Below, piece after piece: positions 50,530 through 64,000 of a stretch of 64,000 bases of DNA. Position 1 is the stretch's first letter, and each line of letters opens with the position of its first letter. Under the pieces are notes generated by a model. The model was given only the letters and a program-made list of their open reading frames with translations, did not search any database and had not been told where the DNA came from. A program made the translations under genes and the position numbers. Source of the DNA: Tubiluchus corallicola (lineage: Eukaryota > Animalia > Priapulida); NCBI GenBank assembly GCA_030141605.1, contig JAQGDQ010000947.1, forward strand, positions 1-64,000, read 5' to 3'.

Positions 50530-53500
50530 CTACACAGAAGGCACCCAGTCAGACGTGACGGGTCGGGCGTGACAGTAGCAGCTATTGTCAACGTGACCGC
50601 ATGTATAACGAGGCGAAATACCTTGAGAAGCTGGAGGGTGGTTCTCGCGCGGCATGCTGCATACTTCACACTGATTTAGAAGAGGGTGGTTTGTGTAAGT
50701 ACAAGCTGAACAGTCCCACGGAGGTCCACAACCATCATCATCGTCGCGATCATTTGGCGGCTCCGCTGGACGATGTGGAGGACTCTCTGAAACTGATAAG
50801 AAACTCTAGTTGACTGGAATTGAAATACACCAAGTGCAATCTGTATAATAATCACTACTCTGCAATATTTCGGTTAAAATTTTGGGAGAAATTACCCTAA
50901 AAGCAATATTGCAGAAGAGTGCAAATGCTGACTTTAACAGAAGAGTGCAAATGCTGACTTTAACAGAAGAGTGCAAATGCTGACTTTAACAGAAGAGTGC
51001 AAATGCTGACTTTAACAGAAGAGTGCAAATGCTGACTTACACAGAAGAGTGCAAATGCTGACTTTAACAGAAGAGTGCAAATGCTGACTTACACAGAAGA
51101 GTGCAAATGCTGACTTTAACAGAAGAGTGCAAATGCTGACTTACACAGAAGAGTGCAAATGCTGACTTTAACAGAAGAGTGCAAATGCTGACTTTAACAG
51201 AAGAGTGCAAATGCTGACTTACAAAGGATTTTTTATTTTATGTTCTTTAATCATATATTTCACCAACACGGGACATAATTACAAATACACATAGACATTT
51301 TTTTCTCCAAATATGCCACAAATTTCCATTTTACGGAAAAATAACTTTATCCGTCGAGATGGGGTAAGGAAAGACCGTAGGTCATCTAGTCACTCACCCC
51401 TCATAATTTAATATTGTAATAGCAGAAAAAAGAATTGATGACAGAGGATGCAATTATTGTTAATTACTCAAATAAAATAATCAAAATAAAGCAATAACAA
51501 AAAGAAAAATATAAAAACAAACATAACAACAATAGCATAAGTGAAAAAAATAATAACAAATGAAGATTACTATTTTACAGTAATGGTTTTTGTGAAGCCA
51601 AGTTTGCATAATCACCTATACCTATATATACTGACTGGATTTACTTTCTAGTCACTGTCTCAGTCTCAGTGCAGTGCAGCAGTCATGCTAATCATGTTCC
51701 TGTCTAACTCTCAGTGATCAGTGCAGGACACTATTGTTCTCAGTGTTCAGTGTAGCAGTCATTCTAGATATGTCTATGTAGTCTAATAAATGCTTTTCAG
51801 TTTTGTGCAAATATGTACTATCTACAACCTCAAACATGACTTTCACAAATGTTGTAATTTGTGTAGATTTCCCATATTAAACGAATTTGCACTGAATATT
51901 AGATTCACAAATAAGAAATAAAGCTTATAGTACATTAGTTATAAGCAACAACAAGAATTTTACTGCAACTTACTGTATCATTCGTCATAGCAACAATGAT
52001 TACGTAAACTGTTGCAGAGCCCTTCGGGGCTTGCAAAGAGAAACTCTGACAGCGAAACAGTAAAAAGAGATGAGGATGAACTTGCTAGTAATGACATGCA
52101 AAAGAGAGAAAAGGGCAAAGATTGAAAGAATGATAATCCTGACCATGTTAACTACAGACTCGATTACCAGAGAGCTGCAGCGTGAGACTTGCCGCAAAAA
52201 TGGAGATAAATTACATGCGTATTCCATATTTGGAAGAAGCGACAGATTACGAAGTTATGTTATTACACCACTTTTTATCTTCCACTTCTTGCAGTACTTT
52301 TTATTCTAAGTTATTATTATTCATAGTAGCTAAAAGTATCCCTTTTAATACTTATTTTCAAGGTAGAAATACTTTTAGTTTCCTTAGTTACTTGTTGTAT
52401 ATCATTCCATACTTTGGGGCCTTGGTGTTTTAAAGTGTTTATTATAAAGCGATTTGTCACATACAATGGCACGTAGAATTCATTACATTTAGTGTTATAA
52501 ATGGACTGTGTCAATTTGACTGGATTATTACAGAAAGAAGGATACAAATTAAGTAGGGATTGTAATATAGTGGGGCAGGCAACAAAGAGAAAATAATTTG
52601 ACTAAATAAAAGATGTACAAATTACAAAGCCTTAACTGCTTAATTATTTAGATATTTTCCACTAACTGTTTAGAAAAATGAGGAATAATCAATTTTTGGT
52701 TGAATACAGTGGTACCTTTTCTGTCTGTGCTCTACGTCTCTGGAATAACTTCAGGGCCTATTTCAGGGGGGGGAGTGGGGATACTTCCCCGGGGCCTCAC
52801 GCCAAGGTAACATTTTTTGTTTTATGCGAACATACTGCCTCCTCTCTCTCTCTCTTGCCGCACGCGCACCGTTTGCCAGTATTGAGAAGTCTTAAGGACT
52901 GGTCTTGAGAATAAAGCAGTTTTTCTTTCAATTGTTCTTTCCTTTAACAATTGTATAACTCCATGTTTTCTCTACGAAAATGCTTCTCCGGCGTTCTAGC
53001 AATTCAAAAATTTTCTGGGTGCCAACCACGGTAGTGCCCGCCCCCGGCATCCCCCCAATGGGGCCTCTCACGCCCCATTTCCCCGGGCCTCGCCTAGGCT
53101 GAAATAGGCATTGAATAACTTACCTGTTGCCATACGTTCCACAAATTCATTAGATCGTTTTAAACAATGTCCTAAAACACATTAGTTTAAATTGTACTTT
53201 TTACGGTGAATTATTTTTAATTTTTAATGTTTTTTAAATTTTATGTTTCTTATGAACTTTAAATGTATTTTATTATTGAGATTTTATATGATGCAGTGCA
53301 CTACGTGAATAAATGTTATACTACACGACATTCCATTATACCCTGGAGATCCTCTTGCTGAAAGATACCCACCTGCTGGTCCAATAGGAATGCTGGAATG
53401 CCTGGGATGTTCAAATCCATCGTAAAATGTATCATCAATCACCCCTAGAGCATCTGAAAAAAATCAAAACAGAATTCAGTAAATGCAACTATGGCACCTT

Positions 53501-56500
53501 CATCACGTTTACCATATAACAAACACATAAAAATTTGTAAGAAATAAAATAAGTACGAATCAATTAAGTAAATATTCTATGTTTTCGAATACGGATATTT
53601 CCAAGTTCTTGTCTTCCCAAATGCAGCGCATTGCGTTAGCAGCTTTAATGTTTTAGACTTCATAAAACATAAAAGTATTAGTTTGCTCTGCAGAAATGTG
53701 TACAGTAACAAGTCTTTTCACAGTTGCAGCGATTGCATGATGATCGTGAAGAAGCCAAAGGTTAAGTGTACAACGATTTGTTTACACTTGACAAAGCCTC
53801 GCAGCCCATGCTATTGTAATACTGACAGTATTAACAGTTAGCTAGAACCTTACCCAGTTCATTTTTTCTTATTCCCAAGCAAAATCCTGCTAGTAAATCA
53901 GTCTACACACAGAGTAGTGCACAAAACAACTAAAGTTACGGAACTGATGCAACGGACGGCTTTGTTTTACAGACACCTCATGTGATTATTGTAGAAACGC
54001 TGGTGTTGTACATTTAACTTTTGCGAAACTGCGAAACGCTTATTATATGTGCTACATAAGAGAATTTGCATTGTATTCCAGTTCAAATTGTCGAAGAACA
54101 GATATTGCGATCCCCTGTAAATCTTAAACAAAGCAAGGATAACATAAAAGAACTATTACAAGTAATTATATATTTCATGTAAAACTTTAAATATGTGTTC
54201 TGTAAGTCACTTGTATATGGTAGGTCTATAAGAACTAACAATAAATCATTGCAATGTTTATTTTGTCTGTGGAAGTTTCAGAATAAAGTTTATGTAACTT
54301 TGAGAAATGAGCATAACCGAGTAAGTCGCACTGGCTAGAACACCAGAATTACATACTCTGCACTCGCTGTGTGTACAAAACCGATGAAAAGATAAGCAGG
54401 CTTGTTTAGATGAAGATAAACATAATCGGTGCCTTTTCTTTCTTTACACATCACATATTTTTTTAGGAAAGACTCTTTCCTGGTGGCTGGTGTTTCCCCA
54501 ACCAACTGCCATCCGGTGGATTCTATCCTGCCAATGATTGTCTCGTACGAGTTCCAGTTTCTTCGTTTTCCACTTTTCTTTCCAAAATTCTTTCGTTTTA
54601 GAAATGACAAACCAATCGGCGGGTTGTGTTAGATCTGTCGCATTTGAAATGCAGACTAATTACACCCAAATAGTGTAGCATTTTTTGCTGCATCAGAACC
54701 AGAATTTTGTGTATAAATACAAAGTGTAAACTTACACTCTCCCTCTATGTCTATTTTCTTTATCATACACTGTGTCAAGATGCGTAGTTCTGTATTCTCT
54801 TTACGCAGATTGGATAAATCAAACTGAAAAGAAACAATCTCAATATTAATTTCAGCTCGAAGAATCTGCAAGTCTAGTTAGCCAATTGCATTTTCGCCAA
54901 AAACAAAGAAAAGTACGACATTGCTACAGGCTTCGTTAAGAGTTTTAAATATGGAGTAACAACGAATTCAGTAACAGTAACATTAGTACTGCTTTGTGCT
55001 ACATGTAACGTGCATGTTTTCATTATAAAATGTTCCGTTTTAATTAAAAAAATCAAAATACAGTATATACTTATGTACAAGTCGAATTTTTGACAGACAA
55101 TTTTAAGGTGAAATTTTTGGGGTCGACTTATACTTGCGGTATGTTTTTGGGAGATGTCGCTAAAGAGTCGTCTACAATACGAATATCTAAAGAAATAATC
55201 CTTCATTATACGCTGAACTGAATGAACACTCATACTGTGATACTTCACATCAGAGAATGTTCGCATCTTGACATTACTTCACAAAATTGACAAATATTAC
55301 TGTAATTTATTTTAATGTATGTGAAATTAAGTTAAAATTTATATATTACCGGTAAATAAACTAGCGACGGAGCACTCGATCAGAACATGGAAATCGCCAA
55401 TGACGTTACTGAATAAAACTGTTACGTTTCAGGTATGGGTTTTTAGTTTTAAGGGAGAAATCAACGTCTGAAATGTTACGACGGATGCTGGCCGCGATAT
55501 CCTAGCGTTAATATCTATATATATATATATAGATAGATAGATATAGATATATATACACACACACATATACATCTGGTAGGTATAATATACTCGGCCCAGG
55601 CACTTGCATGTGTCTTGCACACTAACACAGTAGGCTATTGATTTATTACTTGGTCATTGTTGACATCATTTACTCTGGAAGATCTTATAAAATGTAATAT
55701 AGAAAATGATGCAATTTTTGGTCTTAAAATGCACATCGACTTGTACATAAACTCAACTTGTTCACACGTATGTACGGTAAGTGAATTAGCAATAAATTAA
55801 AAAGTGTACTTTTCTAAATCACACGAGTCTGTTTATTTGCAAAAACTACATAAAATTCCTTCAAAGTCAACTGCTTCATTTTATCGCGAAGAAGTCGGCA
55901 CACAAAGTTCGCATAATGATAAAAATGTTGAAAATCTGTTATGTGATGCACAAATTCTCGTAAAATACTTAGTGCTTGGCGTGCTTAAACTGTTGATGGT
56001 ACCAGTAGCTTCGTCTTTAGTTTCGCTTAAGCTTCCGCTTGCTATAATTGTGACGCACTTACTGTACTGTACCTGCGTCCCTGGCATAACAGCAACATCT
56101 AACTGATTAAACTTTCTGGCAAAAGCAGACAACTAAGCAAGTGATTAAATGTTTAGCTTCCTGGAATTCTTGGGTAACGAGGTTAATTGCAGTGGACAGG
56201 CGGGTCAAAGGAATCATTAGTCTAGCATATTGACGCATGATAAACGTTGTTGCTTACAAACAGAACGGTACTTAACATGATTGTTTCTATGAATATTACA
56301 GGACAAAAGCGAACTAAGCTGATATAAAAGTCATAAAAGCTTGTAAGCGAAGCAAAAACATTGAGTCAATTATGCGGAGTTATTTGAGTCATTTACCGAC
56401 AGTTTTTATGTACATTTGAATAGAAGCGGCCCGTTCAAGGCGCTTTTGAGTCAATTAAGCGACTGAGTCTGCGAACCGTGAGTCTATTAAGCGACACCTA

Positions 56501-59500
56501 CCTTACTGTCACGTTGCTACGGTTGCGAGTCACAATGAATCATAGTTTTATTATAGTTTAACAATGGTCAAATTTCTAGCAAGTAAGGAAGCAAATGTCA
56601 TTATATTATTATACATATAATGAAATTTGTGTGGTTTTATACACTATAACAACACAAACTTAACACAAATAAATTTAACCAGTTGTCGCGTATACAAGCT
56701 AATAGACATTATACAAAAAAATATTGGAGATCTACTGAAATTCACTGTTGATGGTGCAAACTTCAATACGATAGAAAGAATTTAAAGTCCTTATGGTTTT
56801 AGCATTAAGTGAACGGTATCTACGGCCAGAGGGGACTATTTCAAAATACTGAATACCTGGATAACACTTATTATTCCTGATATTTCATCAGACAGAAAAT
56901 AATTAAACTGTGTTGGTTTTGCATTTGGGCTGCATAAGCAGAATAAATGCGTATAAAATTACCACATTAAGGAACTGGCAATATCTGTGTGTCAGAAAAC
57001 TGTATCTACAGTCCAGACACATTGCATTCCATTCAAATCTATCTATTATATTAATATTCTTGGTATATATATATAAGATTCGAGGCTACAGCTTGGACGA
57101 CGGCACCATTTGCGGCGATCTATACATCAAACGAAAGGTCTCGATCCAGTGTCGTCTCATTGGGGGTTAATTTTTCGAATCGGGCCCACTGGGACGAACG
57201 GGGGGCGAAATACATTATTGATTCTGAACTGCTGCCTGTGAAAATCTAACTCACTGTTTTAAATAAATACTAAATAACACATAATAGGATACAGGAAATT
57301 CTTTTTCATTTTTTTCTGGCACGCTTGAAATTTTTCTGTGTATTACGTTATGTTACAACGTTATGTATTATGTTATGGTACAACGTTATGTATTACGTTA
57401 TATTTTTTATGTTTTAAAATCTATATAAAACTTACAATAGGCAGCCCGACTTGTTCATCTTTGCACTGCTTTCTTAGACAATCAGCTTCCAGTTGATTCA
57501 CCTGGCTTCTCAATGCCTCACGTCGTCTCATCGCCTCCTCAACCTCCGCCGCCATCTTGTCCCGCCTTGTCTTCTGATGCAGTAGAAGAGCTGCAAGAAA
57601 TTTTATACTCAAGCAAGTTTAAGATGTCTAAAAGTACATATGACAGGGGGACTGCATATGTAATTTAAACATCTTTTAAACTTGCTTGACGACAGGGGGA
57701 CTGCATATGTGCTTGATGACAGGGGGACTGCATATGTACTTTAAAATTCTTTTAAACTTGCTTGATGACAGGGGGACTGCATATGTACTTTAAACATCTT
57801 TTAAACTTGCTTGATGACAGGGGACTGCATATGTACTTTAAACCCCCTTTTAAGCTTGCTTGATGACAGGGGGACTGCATATGTACTTTAAACATCTTTT
57901 AAACTTGCTTGATGACAGGGGACTGCATATGTACTTTAAACATCTTTTAAGCTTGCTTGATGACAGGGGGACTGCATATGTGCTTTAAACATCTTTTAAG
58001 CTTGCTTGATGACAAGGGGACTGTCATACAAACTACTTCTAATTGGTATGATATACTGGTATGGCTATGTTGGTATCACACAATGAGGCACATTAAAAAG
58101 GCACAGTGAGGCAAATGTGGAAATAGAAACTCTAAAATACTGTACTTACAATAAACATTCTTATATACAGCAAACAAATAATGAGACAGGTTCACAAGAT
58201 TAGAAGGACAACAAACTCAAAGCACATATAAAGCTGCTTACCTTGTGTATATGAGAACTCTTCTTCACTCATAGGTTGAACATTGATATACTCGGGTTCA
58301 TGTGAGAAATGTACTGCAACATTGGATAGCGAAACATTCTGTCCGGAACTGACGGCATGGGGCAATTGCACAACAGCTGAAGGACTCTGATTCATCATAG
58401 CGCGACTTTCTGGCGCACTTGTCCTCCTTACTTGCTGTGATATGATACCACTTCCAGGGGGTGCCCCTGTCCTAAGATCATGCAGCGGCAAATCGTACAC
58501 TGGGTTATCGTAAGCTCCAATGTGATGCGGATTTTGCGGCGAGCCGGGCAGCAAATCGGCAGGTGGATTAGTTGGCGTGTTCGGATTCGACAATTGAATT
58601 TTCACTCCAGACCTGTATTGCGGTTGACTCGTGCCTGGTGGAGGCGACACACCTGTAATTACATGTATAGGTCTTGTCAACTGTTCAGGTACTGGTTCCA
58701 GTCCTTTCTGCACACGTACACTCAAAGACGAGCTATGCTGTAGATGAGACGGATTATGTAGTTGCACAGCAGGCGAGCTGCCATAGTTACCTGACAATGT
58801 ATTACCAGTGTTGCTTACATGTCCATAAGCAGGAATAAGCTGACTCTGCCCTACATACGGATTTGAAATTTTCCCTACCTGCGGACCAGCCATGTTATTA
58901 TTGTTCAACATTAAATTATATGGCTCATTAATGTTAGTCACATTGACCGTATTGGTCGAGCTCCGAGACTGACTAGCATCACCGTGCATTGCTCTAGGAA
59001 AACGATGAACCTGTGAATGCACTGGACTATGGTGTGTAAAACCGGAATTGATCTGTGACTGCTGCACCGACGAAATGACGGGAACGTTCTCGACACCGTG
59101 AATGCTACCAACCTGGTAGACTTGAAATTCTGAGGGCGTAAGCACGTCTGGTTGTTTCTGCACAGGACTGTAGGCATGATTTTGAGTCCAGTTAGCCGAC
59201 GGACTGTGGATTTGGCCAGCTCGTGGACGTGTACTGGCATTTAGCGGCAAATCCATTTGATTCCGTCTGTAAGATGGCGGCAGATTTCTTTCAGATGCAT
59301 ACATGTAACTGTTGCTCATCTCTGTAAGGAGGGCTAAGCATTTGCTCCGATTATATTGAGCCTGCATTAAAAACATACAAATGTAGTGCAACAAAGTGAT
59401 TTTTGCCGTAAGAACAATCAGCCGTGCATAAAATTAGTGCAACAATAGGTGTGTACTAGCAGCACAAGGGATTCATATCCTGACCACTAATCTAACATGC

Positions 59501-61071
59501 AACAGGGACACAACAAGTTTCAATCAAGAATTCTAGATCACATGCAGTTAAAATAAGTACCAACCTAAGCACCATGAACTCAGAAGTTTGGCTACAGTTC
59601 ATCAAGGTATCAAGGAACATAAGTAAGACAGAAAAAAATGAAAGAAGAATCAAAATGAATCAACGAACAAACTACAATGGCAACACACTCTTCATGTTCA
59701 GACTAGAAAGCTAGGTAGTAGTAGGATGATAACCAAGTAAGAAAAACATGAACAAAAACAAATATCAACCTCGTACTTGTGAATGAACAAAATGACTGTC
59801 GTGTTAAAGCAAAACCGGACCCAATGTTAAACTGTAAGTCAAAACAATCTACTCTTTAAAATATTGAATGGAAACACAATTTTTTTCGAAAAATGACTTA
59901 CGAAAAAGAATTATTACTGCACAAACGCAATTTCACGTTTGCGCCACTAGTTCTTCGCTGTTACACGCACTTCGCCATTCGCTGGTTAAACAAGCATTAG
60001 CACCTGCATTTCAGAAACGCATTGCACAAAAACAAGTGCTGTACCTCTCAGTTCAGATGTGTTAGGTTGTGATGAACTACACATGTTTGATGGCTCATCT
60101 GTGAGCACAGCGGCAAATTCGAAATTTCATCTTAAAACTTGCCTAGTTTTTGTACAACACACCGTATGTCTTACAGTAGCACTGTATGTCAATTTTCGCT
60201 TTCGCAAATACGTACAACACGCTCTTGGAATATTTTTGCTGTTGGAAATTATGTCAGTTTGTGATCTGTCATCAATAGTTGGGCTCGCCCGTCGTTAATT
60301 AAGTTTTTAATCTATTATTTAATTATCAGAAAGGCTTTTGCAGTATTAAGTGTGTTAAAATGTATACTTTTTATCCGACTTGAATAATTATCCTGTCTTC
60401 TTTGAAAAATAGAAAACACACGGACATAACATAATATAAGGTTTAAGGCACTTTCTTCTAATGAGGAAAAGACAGATGTTTAGATGTACAAAATAGCCTT
60501 AGAAGTACCACAAATGATCACATGCAAAGAAGCTGGACTACCAAAAATCAACAGTACAATTCAGTAAATAAAAGAGACATCTGAGACTGACACACATTAA
60601 ATAAATCATCAAGGCAGACTAAGCAGAGGGAACTACCACAAGTTATTTTAGTTTTCGAAAAGCCCAAGGTTAGAACTTATACCAACTTTCTTGGCATGAA
60701 TAAGCTTAAATGAAAAATGCAAAGACGACGTCAGAAATTACAATCCGAAACTAAAAGCTGTAGCTGCTGTTTTCTGAAATAACAGCAGGTAAATTTCAAA
60801 AATCCCCCGAGCAAATTCTAATGATAAAATAGACGAATCAGAGAAAATATTTATCAGCTGAATACAATTTCCTTGTAAAACTGGTTGCTGTAATGATAGC
60901 ATTTATTTTAAATTAAGGTTACTTGCTTATTTTTTCACATGGGTCTTTTCCCCATTTTTATTGTTTGCAACGTACTTTAGTGATACAGCGAACAATTTCA
61001 TTATCTGGAATGGTAGAAAACTGGTTTTTCATTTCTTGAAACAAGGCTGAATAATCCATAACATCTCCCAT
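50530..61071 (-). CDS. TAB2: TAK1-binding protein TAB2/TAB3 ortholog, 6 coding exons, ~598 aa
   Basis: Exons 61071-60976 (CUE-like MGDVMDYSALFQEMKNQFSTIPDNEIVRCITK), 59361-58242 (end of CUE plus P/S/Q/N-rich linker ..FSYTQ), 57590-57436 (ALLLHQK.. coiled coil), 54823-54736 (LRKENTELRILTQCMIKKID), 53453-53373 (TFYD), 50786-50530 (NZF WDCSACTYTNHPLLNQCEVCSMPR, TAG). GT-AG, phases compatible, 1797 nt in total. Confidence 0.9.
50912..51223. repeat. 26-bp minisatellite, 12 nearly identical copies, in the last TAB2 intron
   Basis: Unit CAGAAGAGTGCAAATGCTGACTT(TA/AC)A. Confidence 0.96.
52752..53113. mobile_element. hAT-type MITE
   Basis: CAGGGCCTATTTCAG ... CTGAAATAGGCATTG with an 8-bp TSD, AATAACTT. 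Confidence 0.82.
54400..54650 (-). mobile_element. pogo-type DDE_1 transposase fragment
   Basis: NATDLTQPADWFVISKTKEFW resembles the pogo motif NxTxxxQPxDxxVxxxxKxxW. Confidence 0.5.
55061..55777. mobile_element. Tc1/pogo-type MITE containing a TA/GATA/CA microsatellite (55513-55570)
   Basis: TA|CAGTATATACTTATGTACAAGTCGA ... CAACTTGTTCACACGTATGTACGG|TA imperfect TIRs. Confidence 0.6.
55790..56502 (-). mobile_element. Tigger-derived non-autonomous element, same family as the palindrome-centre element
   Basis: Shares GCAAGTGATTAAATGTTTAGCTTCC.G.AATTCTTGGGTAACG and TTGAGTCAATTATG.GGAGTTATTTGAGTCA with 20460..21330. Confidence 0.7.
57608..58024. repeat. ~49-bp minisatellite, ~8 copies, directly upstream of a TAB2 acceptor
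   Basis: Unit AAACTTGCTTGATGACAGGGGGACTGCATATGTACTTTAAACATCTTTT. Confidence 0.93.
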
Positions 61072-62399
61072 GATGGTTTCTACACGTCACTTCATTTCTG
61101 AATTATCAGAATACCGAAGATAATGAACACCTGGAAAAAAGATGGACTCTGATTACTCAAGTACTGCCAGTTGTAAATATTTTATTAGAATTCAAAATAT
61201 CTAGTTTCCAGAGGTTGTAATTATAATATCTTGATCGCCGTGTACTTTTTAGTGTGATGCATGAATTTATCATAAAGTTTTAAAAATTATAATTTGACAT
61301 TCATTCAAAGGTGATGGTACCACCTGCTTTAACATAAGACGCTGAAAAAATGCAAAACTTAGCTGAATTTCAACTCATGAACTTCACCTTAAAGGAAAAC
61401 TGGATGATTGTTTAGACTCATTCTCATTTTAATTTACTGTCCAAAATATACATTTTCTTCCCTTTAAAAGTTAACAATTGTTCCTTATATTTGAATAATT
61501 AGCTTAGAAAGTTAATTAACGGCAACCGAACACAGCTATTGCTTACGTCAGAAACTAACCACAGTTTGCGCAATGGCAGGTGTCTTCCCTTGCTCGTCAA
61601 GCACATTTGCATAGGTGTTACAGCACTGTTTAAACACATGATGTCACGAAAAATGTGCTCTACGTCATATAACGTCAGAAACTAACACAGCAGTTCATGA
61701 TCATGCTTATCACGGTACCGCCTTCTATTTGTCGGCCACGCGAATGTGACAAAAAAGGTGCCTTCGCCTATTTTAGTAGATTCACTGAGCCGTGCGTAGC
61801 TTTGAAAATTTGAGGATTGGAAGTAATTATTATTTAATCTAAGCTTTGATTTAAAAAAAGTTATTGTAGTTTTCAATATTTTACAGCATTCTTTATTCTG
61901 AACTCCTGCTTACACCATCGTCCGGTTTTCTTTTAATATAAAAGTTGTTCACCAATTGAGTTTTTTCATTAGATAGCCACAGTGCTGATGTTCGTATAAA
62001 TACCTATAGTTCAATAGTTCATAGAACAATCAACAAATTCACCTATCAGTACACCTTTTCAATAAATATTATGCAGGTAGTGAAACTTGCAGCTCTTACC
62101 TGTTGGAAATCAAATGTCGACCAATGCCAAGTCCAACACTCACAAGAGCAGCTCTTAACTAAAATAAACAATTGAGCGTACTGATTTGTTTTTTAAGTAA
62201 TACTTACGTACAGCTAAAGAAAGAACAGTACGACAACTGCATAAATTTGAAATCCACCAGTACGTTGCTGCTGCCAGGGCACTGAGCCAGCAGGAGAAAT
62301 AACTATGCAAGGACATTTTCAGGATAAAGTCAAAATACTGTGACAATATGTGTAAATACGTACTACAACTTTGCATGGATTATAGAATCGCGAAATTTA

Positions 62400-62600
62400 C
62401 ACAAACGTTAACTTAAAACCAAAGACCAGATATATATACTTCAGTATTGGCTTCAAAGGCTGCTTTGATCTACAGTTGTCTTGTAAAATCTCTGTGACTA
62501 TATTTGTGATTACTTTTGTCATACAAAGCTGGTCTAATCTCCACCGGGTGTACGATTTGTTCATCATCCATTATGAAAATGAACTTGTCCATCCGCAGAA
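62400..62600 (-). mobile_element. MADF-domain remnant, probably PIF/Harbinger-derived
   Basis: MDDEQIVHPVEIRPALYDKSNHKYSHRD resembles the MADF motif LI..V..RP.LYD.....Y..R; it is followed by a stop. Confidence 0.5.
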
Positions 62601-64000
62601 AAAAGGTTTGGCAACCAAAGTGCAGATCAATGTGAGTACGTGGCTTTCCATTCGCACACAATGGAAACGACAAACACGGAAAGTAATGTGACAAGCAGGT
62701 TTCAGTACAAAGGCAAGCTACTGAGTTTAATGGTTTGCATGCTATTGCTTCACTTTTTTCCGTGCGAGTCGTACAGAGTGGAAACCAGGAATAATGACAC
62801 TCAGCGTGGAACTTGGGCAATTGTTTTTGAGAAGGCCAGTGCGTCATTTCGCGTCCGACGGCCTTTCTGTGATGCTTTTGCTACTAATCTCATAAGACGA
62901 TATAAGAAAGTGCACTTTAAATACGAACGCGAAATTCTAAAGGGCTAGAAATTATATCAGGACACGATAATCAACTTGCTGCTGTGGCAAAAGCGGCAAA
63001 AAACAAGCTAGAATACCAATATACTAAAATAATGTCTTTTTCGCTAAAAGACCAATTGTTAGTTCAATATAAATTTTATGCTAAACTACCTGATTTAGAT
63101 ACGAGTATCTTTAAAGTAGAAATGGAATTGCACCGGTAATACCGTAGTATTTAAAGTCAATATAAAATTTTAATAAATTAAGATGTAAACAGCAAAGCAA
63201 TATCCGCAAGAACCCTAAAATTGAAAAAAATGAAACTTGAAACTTAGGTTAAAGTTAAGCACATTTATTTCCTGATACAATTTGTGTTATAGAAATTAGA
63301 ATTAATTAGGAATCATCAAAAACCAAAAATTAAATCACATTTGAAAGCAAAAATCTTAAGTTAACATAAAAGCACACAAATTTAATCGTATTTGGTCATA
63401 TTCTTTATATATTACATTATTTACCAATTACGGAAGTTTTTATAGTTGTCGATAGAGGACACTAGCTAATCACAACCATAAGTTTTCCCGCTAAATTAAA
63501 AGTGGCTGTTCATCATCTTCGTAGTAGGATACGCAGTTTATTATTATCTCTGTGGCTGTCATTGGGTACAGCACATTAGGATAGGAAAAGCAGCGCAAAT
63601 ACGAATTGGGTCTAAACGTTAACTTAGTTTCGTAGCCGCGAAGAGCCCAGCAAAGTATTAGTGGGCATTGGCTCATAGTCATTATCAATATCAACAATAA
63701 TCATTTCTCAAAAAGTGATCCGTTGTAGTTGATAATATCTTTGTAGTATTAGAATTAGAATTAGAAATTTAACTGAATAAGTAATAACATTATTGAAGTT
63801 TCAACTTTTGGGGATGTATGTTAAATTCAGTTGGTGATTACTGCTTAGGATACATTGTTGCTATGGTATAGATGCATGTGCTAAAGTAAAGAAATTGTGT
63901 TAGTGAAACTGTTGTCATGTGTAGACTGCCCCTTTGCGTTTTCATATTATCGATGGATTTAGGGCCCTGTTAGCATAGATTTACACCATAAACACTGAAA

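Noticed and set aside
50912-51223. CRISPR-like appearance of the 22-49 bp arrays (also 13225, 26896, 49362, 57608)
   Set aside because: Head-to-tail repeats with no unique spacers, no cas genes, and a eukaryotic intron context.
57035-57215. Possible non-autonomous Helitron 5' end (also 55360-55530)
   Set aside because: Only a TC-TATA start and a GC-rich patch; no convincing 3' hairpin-CTAG pairing was verified.
58192-59394. Stand-alone 400-aa low-complexity gene
   Set aside because: It is the large internal exon (59361-58242) of TAB2, bounded by AG/GT in phase with its neighbours.

Overview
AT-rich, intron-containing invertebrate animal DNA; there are no prokaryotic operons and no CRISPR array. 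The first 39.5 kb form one giant imperfect palindrome: arm L 33..19100, spacer 19101..21278, arm R 21279..39501. The fold-back point lies 55 bp inside a TA-flanked CAGT...ACTG pogo/Tigger-type transposon end. Each arm carries MRPL19 exons 1-3, an intronless class A GPCR nested antisense in MRPL19 intron 1, and WDR3/UTP12 coding exons 1-5. Arm R continues into a complete 7-exon MRPL19 (31413..43685, +) and holds the intact GPCR; the arm L GPCR is a pseudogene. Both WDR3 copies stop at the centre. Their coding differences are almost all synonymous, which suggests two alleles or haplotypes joined head-to-head (a real rearrangement or an assembly misjoin) rather than a decayed duplicate. The right part holds a TAB2/TAB3 ortholog (CUE, coiled coil, NZF; 61071..50530, -). 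Many MITEs, transposase and LINE remnants and minisatellites are present. All gene models were read by eye from splice sites, phase and remembered protein motifs; no searches were run.
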